Below, piece by piece: positions 44,001 to 56,000 of a DNA stretch of 64,000 nt. Numbering within the stretch: position 1 is the stretch's first letter; each line of letters starts with the position of its first letter. The stretch covers positions 419,120,001-419,184,000 of the forward strand of contig OZ024740.1 in assembly GCA_964016885.1 (NCBI GenBank), written 5' to 3'. The notes beneath the pieces were generated by a model, which saw only the letters and a list, made by a program, of their open reading frames with translations, was not told the DNA's origin and searched no databases. Both the position numbers and the translations under genes were made by a program. The DNA comes from Eledone cirrhosa (taxonomy: Eukaryota).

Positions 44001-47000
44001 AGGCAAGAGTGATTGTCTTGCTCGCATAGGACTGTCTGGCAGGTTTTCTACAGTTGGATGCCCTTCCTAACACCAACCACATTTACAGTGTGGGTCTGGG
44101 AGGTTTTTACCGTGTTGCCTACACGGCCACATTACAGCGTGGACTGTGTGTTTTTTTGTCGTGACACCTACACGATCTCATTTGTTTCGGCCTCGATGGC
44201 GCGGCACCAACATAACTTTACATAGAACGGGGTGGTGTGGATCGGGTGGGGGTGGTGGGACGGGGTGTATTTGTTAGAGATGCCTACTGGCTGGAGTAGG
44301 TTTTACTATATATTTAGGTAAGGCGGGTCTTCTCTGTTACTGAGTACCGCCAAAGGTCTCGGTCCAGTGACATTGTCTTGGAGAGGTGTAAGTGTGTGAT
44401 GTCGGAGTTTATCAGCTCGTCCCAGGTTTTTCTAGGTCTGCCTATTCCGTGACTACCGTCTATCTTTATTGCCCTGCACTTTGTTATACAGCTATCGACT
44501 TTCATGCGCATCACGTGTCCATACCAACGTAGCCTTCTCTCAAGTAAACAACATCTGATCCCTCTTATCTCTAATTTATTCCTTAGTTCGTTTATGCTTT
44601 GCCGTTCACGTATATTACTGTTACACATCCAGCGGAGCATGCAAGCTTCGTTCCTCTCTAGTCTGCGTATATCCTCTGCACACAATGCCCAGGTCTCACT
44701 GCCATGCAGCATTGCTGTTCGTATGCAGGCATCGTACAACCTGCCTTTCATTTTTAGTGAGAACCCTTTAGCAGCTAATAGTGGTATAAGCTCTCTGAAC
44801 TTTTTCCAACCAGTTCTGACTCTAGCTACAGTACTTTCAGAGCACCCTCCCCCACTGCTGATTTTATCGCCCAGGTAACGGAAGCTGTCCACTATTTCTA
44901 TAGAACCCTCTGCGCAATTGAAAGAGCTAGTAGTTTGTGGGCACTTGCTGCTACTTATTGCACCAGAGCACCGGCCACATGTAAAATCTATGTTCTTAGT
45001 TAGCCTACCTGTGATCCCACTACATCTTTTATGCACCCATACTTTGCATTTAGGACATGATTATAAAAATCCTTTTTTAAAGATATTAACATTTGAAGAA
45101 AATTAGTATTGTTAGAAAAGATTATATGTTGATTTTTCTATATAATAATTATAACATTAACAATACATTTTTTTATCTTTCTTTATATTTCTAGTGGCAC
45201 AGATTATAGTTTACCTGATATTTGTCTTCATATTTCTGAGCCTGTTACTCCAAAATCATTATATCAATATTTGCCATCTTTCTCTTGCCTAATTCTATCT
45301 CCTGCCAATTTGTGGAATTCTGACAGTAACCAGTAAGTAACTTACCAATCATGCAATTATTTTTCATTTGAAATCAAATATTTGTTGTTTTTATTACTGC
45401 TACCATACATAAGGGCAATGGATTGGCAGAATCAGTAGAGCGTCGGACACCCATGCTTTGCAGCATAGAGTTACGGTTCTTTACATTCTGAGTTCAAATC
45501 CCACTGCAGTTAACTTTGCCTTTCATCCTTACGGAGTTGATAAAATAAAGTACCAGTAATACACTGGGGTCAATTTAATCGACGTTCCTCATCCCAAAAT
45601 TATTGGCCTTGTTCCTAAATCAGAATCCATTACTGTTATCATATGTATCTCAGTCCCTGTTGGTAGTAAAAGTGTTGGGCCGGTACCAAGAAGGGCTTCT
45701 AAAACCTTACCTAAAAAAGGATTTCATGATGATTATGAAACTTATTGCAAATAAATAAGGGAATTCAAAAAGTACACAGCTACATTCCTCAATCTTTGCA
45801 TATGTGTGTTGGTATTTCACATTTCCTACCCCGTGCAATGCCGGATCCTGCTGCTACTATATATATATATATAATTCAGATCGTTGATGATGATGGTCAC
45901 CATATATATATATAATCAGAAATATATGGAGGAGAAAGCAAGACATTTAAAAACAAAATTTAATTCTTACATGGTGTTTCATCTTTAAGTACATTTACAA
46001 TATACAGTAGGTACACATATATGTATGTATTCCACCGAAGAGATGCACTTATAAGACTCAGCAGAGAAAAATGTTTGTCCTTAAAGATGTCACTGAAGGG
46101 ATAGTCCAAGTCCATGGTATATATAAGTTTATCCTGGGTTCAATCGGGGGTAACCATAGTAAGTAAGGTACTCAATACAAAGCAGAGTATCAATATTCAA
46201 TATAGAAAGGCTTCTACAGGACTAGAACTGTTTCATTCAGGAGAAATCATCAGGAAGCCTATATATATACCACAAAACCAGGTGTTATTACATATCAAGC
46301 TGTACACACATAAAATTTTCAGTGAGCTTTCTTTCTTTTTACAATTATGTTATTACTGTATGATTAATAATGTAACTATGTTTATTGTTGCGAATTATTC
46401 TTTGTATTTGTTTTAAAGGTTTAAATCTGATGATAAGTTTGTAAAGACTGTTACACAACAGTTTGGACAACCATTAGATACTCCTCCAACAATTCAAGGT
46501 AAGGAATGGAAATCATCATCATCCTCATCATCATTTAACATCTGCTTTCCCTGCTAGCAAGGGTTGGATGGGTCTACATAGACCAAGTCAGTACTGAAGC
46601 GGGTCTTCTGACCTTTTCAGATAGGCTGAGGGGTTGTGCTGTGCTTATGTACAGTCACATCGATTGCAGAGGAGAAGTTATGTCTTTTGAAACAAACTGA
46701 AGGGTCCTCCCAATGCTTTGTTTGATAAGCTTTCGACTGCTGGATGCCCTCCCTGACACCAACCACTTTACAGAATGTTGAGGTTACCTTACAAATCATC
46801 ACATACACTGCCCTTCCTCCTCTAACTCAGCCATAAAAATGATAATAATCCTTATTTCCTTTTTTCATAACATATTTATAAACTGAAAATCTCAACATTA
46901 AAATTAGAATTAAGATTGCTTAATATATATTTCTTTTTTCTAAATTATTCAATGCAATCCGACTGAGGTTATATTATTGATTTTTATATATACATTAAAT

Positions 47001-50000
47001 TTCAATGAAATACTATTCAAGTTAAATACTATTAGTTAAAATAGGCATTTTAATGAAAATGTTTGCTGTCACAATTAAATTGCTTTTCATGCAGTAGAAC
47101 TACTTCTAATGAAATTTAAGTTCTTGATGTACATTTTAAAAATGTCTAAATAAAAAGATTAATGAAATATGAAGAACATTTTTTTTCTTCTTTTTTTTGT
47201 ATTCTGCCTCCAAATATATTGTTGCTTGTCCATATCTTGCAGATGTACTGTTTGGAGTTCCTTGGAAAGAAACAGGTTTTAAAAGGTTTTATATCCGCAA
47301 CCGACAGAGGATAATATCGTTTGCTGTTACCATCATCTTCAAATCATACAATCAAAAGTAAGATCTAGATTTTTTTATTTTTACTTTTCATTTATAAACA
47401 AATGGTAGTGGTGGTGATGATGATAATGGTGGTGATGGTAATGTTGGTGGCAGTGGTGATAGTAGTAATGGTAGTGGTGGCGATGATGGTGATGGTAGTG
47501 GTGGCGATGATGGTGATGGTAGTGGTGGCGATGATGGTAGTGGTAGTGGTGATAGTGACGGTAGTGGTGGTGATGATGGTAGTGGCAGAGGTGATGGTGG
47601 TGGCAGAGGTGATGGTAGTGGCAGAGGTGATAATGACAGTAGTGGTGGCAGTGGTGTTGGTGTTGGTGATGGTAGTGGTAGTGGTGGTGATGATGGTTAT
47701 GGTAGTGGTGTTGGTGGTGACAGTAGTGATGGTAGTGGTGTTGGTGATGGTGATGATGATAATAATTGTTTCTACTTTTGGCACAAGGCCAGCAATTACC
47801 CAGTGCATTACTGGTACTATATTTTATCGACCCCATAAGGATGAAAGGCAAAGTCAACCTTGACGTGATTTGAATGATAATGTTGATGATTTCTTCTTTT
47901 TTTTTTTTTTGTAGGTTCCATGAAAGTTTAAGGTATACATTGGAAAAAACCTTTCCTGGAAGTATTCCTAATGCCAATAATTCAGCCATTGATCACATTG
48001 TCCATATTTATTTCAAAGATATCAACTATTTTGTGGAATACACTCCGTTGATGGTCACCTATTTGGTACTTCTTTTATATATATACTTTTCTGTCCGTGA
48101 GTAATTTTTGTCTCATTTTAATAATTATTCTGATTACTGGGGTAGGGCTTTCTCTTATTAATTAATGTTGTAATTCTGTTGATTGATTACTCTCGGGTCC
48201 CTATTAATGGAGGGGGGGGGGGTAAGCAAGGGGTTAGGTTGGAATAAGCTGTGTGGGGTGTGTACATGCATACATGTGGTTGTTGATTTGATGAAGGTTT
48301 TGAAATGGTAACCTGAAGAATAACATGTATCATGTAACCTAAATCCTGAAGGATATTTATATATTTATTTAATCAATTTAAACGTCGGTATAGAGCTAGT
48401 AAACCATGACTGACTAGGAGAAGTACTTCTTACAGTTGGGGAAACAAAAAAAAAACAAGGTATACTGAGATAAGTGAATATAAAAATAAAAGAAAAAAAT
48501 TAAAATATGGGAGGCCAACGGGAGGCAAAATAAGCATAAAAAAAGATAAAGAAAAAATGGGAGGCAAGAGAAACTGTAGAGCATCTAGAAGGTTCTGTTA
48601 CATCTTTTTGTAACTTCCATATACTCAAAGATTATGTTTATAAATAAATTATTAATTTTATAATTTAGTCATTCACAATACTATATTGCAATATATATTG
48701 TTCTACTGCTACTAAAGACAGGCCCATTGCCCAAGGGGGTTACTAGATGGCACCACCCCCTACATTTCAACGAAACCTCTCCAGATTTAAAAATTAAAGT
48801 CTATAAAAAATGTCCTGAAATAGATTTCTTACGAAAGAATGCCCACCCAGAATGTTCTGAAGATTCTCTGTGTACCAAAACTTGGCAAAGAGCTTCAATA
48901 AGTGTTCCCTTCCATTCCAAGAGACCTTCCATCAACTTCATTGAAGTCCTTGAAGCAAGCTTGTTTCATTGACCAGATTGGCAAACTCCAATTTTAGTTG
49001 TGTTAACTTCTTTGCCTCATCAACAGTCAGGTTTAGAATTTTTGCATACTTCAACCATAGATCCCAATAATATCTTCTGGTTGGTTTCGCAAACAATAAT
49101 TTCTTTCTGTATATTGTATTTTCTTCTCAACATACATGTCCAATATACTTGAGGTGTTGTGCATAGATGAAGTTTCTTATGGAGGAGGGTGGAGACTTGA
49201 TAATATTTTGTATTTCTATGTTATTGAATACAAAATTATATTCTCTTTCATTACAAGTTTAGAATCTGTAATTTGCATGTAAAAATCTGTAAACCAGCTT
49301 TGAAATGTCTAAATTTCCTATCTTAACCCTTTAGCATTTAAACCAGCCATTTCTGGCCAGAATTCTCTCACCTCTTTCTGTTCAAACCAGCCACAGCCAG
49401 CTGCTTCTACCAACGTTATGGTATTATTCTCAAAATAAATAATATCAAAATCTCGTAGATTTGATATTATGTGAGATAAAGTCTTTACTGTGAAAATACA
49501 ATAGTATATATAGAGTAATGTAAACGTTAAAGGGTTAAGTGTATATATTTTTATCAGTGTTTAAATGTATCATATTTTCTTTTTAAAAGGAAAAATTGAA
49601 ATGGTCAAATCAAAATGGGGTCTTGCTCTCAGTGCTGTTGCTACGGTAATTGCTTCCTTGTTGATGTCTGTTAGTATTTGTACTATGTTTGGATTGACAA
49701 CAACACTAAATGGAGGGTAAGTATTTCTTAACTTACAATTTTCTTTTGTTCATTTTTATCTCTTTTATAACTACATTTAGTTGTGTGTGTCAGCATTATT
49801 AACCCTTTCGTCTGAAGACAACCCATGCTAGAGTGGAAAAATGGATGTTAACCGGTGATAATGATGATTTCCACTCTACTTCTGCCCTAATATGTCAGCC
49901 ACCTCGTGGTCCTGTGAAGGAGACACACTGGAACGGCCATGCCAACATATGGGGCTTGCACTTACAAGCAGCCAACTTTTTATTACCAGACAGAATTTGG

Positions 50001-53000
50001 GGGTTGCCATTTTTTAATTATATACAGAGTGTTCCAAAAAATGTATACACACATCAACAGCCTTCTAATAAATAGATGTATACTTTTTTTTGAGACACCC
50101 TGTATATCAGAAATCAAATTTACTTTAACTCAAAAAATGTAGATTACTCAATTTTAAAGATTAGGTTACCAATCTCTTGGTCAAAAACACAACCTTAGTT
50201 ATGGAATTGATCTTTATTGGTTTTGATGATGAGTATTCCAGTTGTTTGACAATGGAATAGCTTACTCATGAAATTAATTTGTAAGTGGCTGAGCATTCTA
50301 CAGATATGTTGCATAACGTAATTCTCAGGGAGATTCAATGTGATCAATGGACAAGATCCTAAACCATGTTCATGCACTTAGTGGCGTGGAACTCATCAAA
50401 TCACCAAGAAATCAGTACACTCTGTAAAGTGGTTAGTATTAGGAAAGGCTGTAGATTCATGTCAAAATTTGTGACTATGCAAGTGTGGTGTGGTTCCCAG
50501 ACCCATCTAAAAGGGCAGTGTCTCAGACCGTGATGACATGTCCAACCCATGCTAGTTTGTAAAGCAGATATAAAAGGATGATGTTTTTTTACATGTATCC
50601 TTGTGTTAGTTCATTGAGTCCTGTTAAATGTATCTTTTTTTTGGTTTCTTTCTGCTTTGTTTTGAGCCTATCAGTAACTAGTTGTAAGTTTGATATTATA
50701 TGACTGTATATACTTGAATATAAACTGAGGAATATGTGATAGAAGGGGGGAGGGGGTATATTCAGGGACAATATTTTAACAATTTTCACCAATTTCAAAT
50801 TCTACATAAATAAGGTTTGGATTTTTGCCCATTTCTCAAGTATACTCTTGAGTCCTGAATAATCCTCCTCCTACCTCGCTTATTAATTTTTCAGGGAGGG
50901 GAAAGTTGATCAACCTCAATAATAATTGTTTCTACTTTTGGCACAAGGCCAGCAATTATCCCAGTGCATTACTGGTACTTTATTTTATCAACCCCGTAAG
51001 GATGAAAGGCAAAGTTAACCTCGGCAGGATTTGAACTCAGAATGGCAAGAGCCATAACTCTCTGCGTCAAAGCATGGCGTCCGATACTGCCAATTCACCA
51101 CCCCTTAGTTAGTTAAAATAATGGTTTCTGATTTAGGCACAAGGCCAACAATTTTTTGGAGAAGGGAATCAACTAAATTAACCACAGTGCATTACTGGTA
51201 CTTTATTTTATCAATCCTATAAAGATGAAAGACAAGCTGACCTAGATGGGATTTGAACTCGGGACGTAACTGTATGCCACAAAGCATAGTTATAATAATT
51301 GTTTCTACTTTTGGTACAAGGCCAGCAATTATCCCAGTGTATTACTGGGACTTTATTTTATCGACCCCCGTAAAGATGAAAAGCAAAGTTAACCTCGGCG
51401 GGATTTGAACTCAGTCCATGAAGGGCCGTAACTCTTTGTTGCAAAGCATGGCGTCCGACCCTCTACCGATACTGCCAATCCACCTCCTAAGCATAACATA
51501 GTTATAATAATGGCATGACTAACTAAGATAAATATTCAAGACAGAAGACATAAGTTAAATCTTTATAAACTTAAAAGAATAATAACTAAAACATGACATC
51601 AAGCCTTAGTTAATGAAAGAAAATATTTTATATGAGAAAATGTTTAGATATACTGGAGGCAGGTAAGTAACACAATTGTTTTATTGTATTACTGGTATCA
51701 GTAATTGGAATATGTTTTCAAAATTTTATATTGCACTGCCCATTAATAATAATAATAAATATACAAATGAAATATTGTGACCTGATATCAATTTCTCTTT
51801 TCAGTGAAATCTTTCCCTATCTTGTTGTCATAATTGGATTAGAAAATGTTCTCATTCTCACTAAATCTGTTGTGTCAACTCCGGTTCATTTAGAGGTTAA
51901 GTACAGAGTTGCTCAAGGTTGGTGTTTGCTTTTTTTTTTACTTTTATTTTGTTGTTGTTTAGTTTCAAGTCAGTCCTGGCTGGGTATGATTAAAAATATT
52001 CCTGTTATGACCATCTCATCTTGGTGGCATCTCAAACAAAAAAGCACCCAGTCCACCCTGTTTGCTTGTTGTTCTGGTGCCACAACAAAAAGCACCCAGT
52101 GCACCCTGTAAAGTGGTGGTGGTGTTAGTGCACAAAGAAAGCTCCCAGTTCATGCTGGAATGTAGCATTAGAAAGGATCTGTAATATTAATTTTTACGTT
52201 TTGGCATAAGGCGATAAATTTAGGGGTGTTGGGTATATTTACTTGATGCCAGGATACATACAAGGGTCGCCTGAAAAATTTATAGGCTAACCAGAATGAC
52301 CACCTTACAAGGTCGGCTGGACACTTTTTGTTGTGTCACCAGTATGGCCACCTTACAGTGTGGATTGGGTGCTTTTTGTCATGTCACCAGCATGACCACT
52401 TTACAGTGTGGGCTGGGTGCTTTTTCTCGTGTCACCAGCATGGCCACCTTACAGGGTGGATTGGGTGCTTTTTGTCATGTCACCAGCATGACCACTTTAC
52501 AGTGTGGGCTGGGTGCTTTTTCTCATGTCACCAGCATGGCCACTTTACAGTATGGACCACACTATATATATTTAAACAGTTTTTCTGAGATATAAGTTGT
52601 ATGTATTATTGCACAAAGATATTTTCATGGATGTTACTTTTATATAAATATTTGTTTCTGTTGTAGGTCTTAGTAAAGAGGGCTGGTCAATTACTAAAAA
52701 TCTGACGACAGAATTACTTATCATTCTTGTTGGATTCTTTACATTTGTCCCAGCCATTCAGGTAAGTTATTTGGTATTATGGAACATCATCATAACCATC
52801 ATCATCATCATCATTGCCACCACCAATATTATCATCATCATTACAATCACCATCATCACCATCAACATCACCATCATCATCATCATCACCACCACCACCA
52901 CCACCACCATAATCATTGTTTAATGTTCATTTTTCCATGCTTGCATGGATTAGACAGGTTGTCACATTATGAGACAATTCAAGTCTGGAGACCATTTCTT

Positions 53001-56000
53001 GCTCACATCGGTCTGTACTTTGGCTTGGTTTCTATAACTGGATGTGCTCCTTAACACCAACCACGTTACAGTGTGTACTGGAAGCTTTTTATCATGGTTC
53101 TGAAATGACCACCTTACAGGGTGAACTGGGTGCTTTTTCTCATGCCACCAGCACAACCACCTTACAAGATAGACTGGGTGCTTTTTCTCATGTCACCAGC
53201 ACAACTGCCTTACAAGATGGACAAGGTGCTTTTTTCATGCCACCAACACAACCACCTTACAAGATGGACTGGGTGCTTTTTCTCATGTCACCAGCACAAC
53301 TGCCTTACAGGATGGACTGGGTGCTTTTGTTGTAGCGCCAGATCAACATACAGGATGAACTTTGTGCTTTTTATCATAGCAACAGCATTGTGGGAGATCA
53401 GATGTCAAGTATCTCCAGTTTTCATGGGCTGGGCAGGTGAGTTGTATTAGGGATGGAGAGGAGGCAAGGATAGGTAAGCAAGTTCGACATTGATTAGGTG
53501 CATGGGATATTTTGCAGGTGCAAGTGGGGTATTAAGGTGGGGGTGGGGTGGAGAGATGGTGGCTTATAAATGAAACCTTGCCACCAGCATTATTTTATTG
53601 TGTACATTGTTAAACAGTGTATTCTTGCTAAATCTAGACACCTAAAAAATATATATTTAACTTATGGTTTTGTTTTGGCATAAAATAATTCCACTAATTC
53701 GTATATATATATATATATGGCTGGATGGGAGAAAAACTAAACACTATAAAAATATATTTATATATGTTGTAGAGAAGATATTTATATAGTAAAATATAGA
53801 AATCTCTAAATAATAGATATTTGTGACATTATAAATTAATATCTAATGAAAAAATAATTATCGGCGATGTATTTGTTTTGCAAGGTTTTTGATATCAAGT
53901 TGTGTTGAAACAGATACTATTGTTTGGGGAGGGTTATGTTGTCCTAATATTGCCAATAATAATAATAAAACACTCTCTTATATTTAACAGGAGTTTTGCC
54001 TATTTGCTGTTGTTGGTTTGTTGACTGACTTCTTCCTGCAAATGGTGTTTTTTGCTACGGTTTTGTCTGTGGACATCAGGAGAATGGAGGTAAGGAGGAT
54101 GTCTTTTGGCTTTTTTACTACTTCTTGTTTCTAGTTCTTTTGTTATTGTTATTTATTTAGTTATATTTTTTATTTGAAATATATTGTTTTTGTAAACTGT
54201 TATTAATTTCTTTGACCACTTATTCCTGAGAGGGTTGTGGGGGCAGAGTCCTCAAACAGGTCCTGTCAGAAACACCCATCTCCAACTGATCCCACTGGAT
54301 CCCCAAGCGAGACCAGCCAAGCTCATGGATATTATCCAACCATCTTGCTCGGGGTCTATGAGAACTGTGTAGGCAATATTCAGCAATGATATCAGCAATG
54401 TGAGAGTTAGCCACAAGTCCAGTTAAAAATTCAATGGATAGCTAAATATCCACCAGGGCTCAGTTCCTAGCTTCCTGTTTATCATAATTCTCCAGGTCAT
54501 AACAGAAGAGTTTTAATACCAGCTGTCCATGAGAGCTTCCATGTAATGATGATCTAGTTCTCATTACTGAATTTGTTGAAGAATTAGAGAAGAAATTCCA
54601 GATGTCTTCTTCTTCCTTGCCCATTTAACCTGAGAGGGTTGTGAAGGGGGCAGAGTCCTGAAACACTCCTTCCAATGGATCTTGTCAGAAGCAACCATCT
54701 CCAATTGAAGTGGCTGGATCCCCAAGCGAGACCAACCAAACTCATGGATGTTATCCAACCATCTTACTCGGAGTCTACCCCTGGGTCTCCTGCCAGTTGG
54801 TTTTGCCCATAAAATCTGTCCAGTGATTCTTTCCTGAGACATTCTAACCACATGCTCATAGTATCGGAGTTGTGATCTCTCAATTCAGAGAAGTAGCGGC
54901 TCTACCTGGAGTGACTCTTTGATCTCTAAGCTCCGCACACTATCAAGTAACATTATTCCAAAGACCCTTCGGAGGAACACCGTTATTAATTTGCTTTATT
55001 AAATTATGTTTCTTATTAGATGATATATATTTTATGATACTAATTCAAAGCTTTTTGTTTTGTAGTTATCTGATCTTCAGAAACAAACCATCCATTCAAG
55101 CATCAGTGGTAACGAAGGTTCAAGTAATACATACTCACCCAGGGAATCTTTATTCCGCTCTCCTGTAATGTTTCAACACGGCACTCAGTCAATGCCAAAA
55201 CAACAGAAAGAAAAGCAAGTCAATGTTCCAAATAGTGGTCCGTCCCCATCATTTGCTCAGATGAGAGATGAGTTCTTTAACAGTCCAACAATTCTGGAGC
55301 TGCCAAGGCGCCTACAGATCTTCTTTTTCTTAGCCAGAACTAGAATAGTTCAACGAGTTATAATGGTAAGCATGGAGAAGTTTTCTTTTGTCATTTTGTT
55401 GTCAAGGAGGTGGGAGTAAATGTGTGGATGTGTTTGCTTGGCTGTTTGTACAAAACTGTGACAGTTTAAAGTTTGCGATGCACTTTACTTTCATTTTATC
55501 GTTGAACTAACTATTTTAGATACTTGTACAATCTCTGTATATATCATCATCATCATTTAACATCCATTTTCCATGCTAACATATATATGTGTATATATAT
55601 ATATATGTGTGTGTGTAAGAAGAGGAAATGAGCACCTTCCCCCCTTCAACTAATTTACCCTCTGCCTCAGGGTCCTGGCCAACAAGATGGAGAATACATT
55701 GCCCCAAAAGACGGTGAGGGAGATATGCTAGAACAGCCACTCCAATACATGGGGTTCGCACCTGCAGGCATCCAACTTTTATTACAAGACAGAATTTGGG
55801 GGTTGTAATTTTCTAATTATATGAGTTCCACCCCACTCAGTAAACAAATAAGGTCTGGGATCTTGTCAATTGTTTTCATATATATATATATAGCATGAGA
55901 TATATATGTATTCTAGCAAAACCTTAAACATGGTCTTAATTAAGTCTTCACCATAATCGATAGTTGGTGATAAATACTAATCATTGTAATCGATGGTGAA

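Noticed and set aside
47381-47989. Poly-His, poly-Thr and poly-Val ORFs (also 17387-17866 and 52779-53054)
   Set aside because: Trinucleotide repeats or retroelement tails in intronic/intergenic DNA
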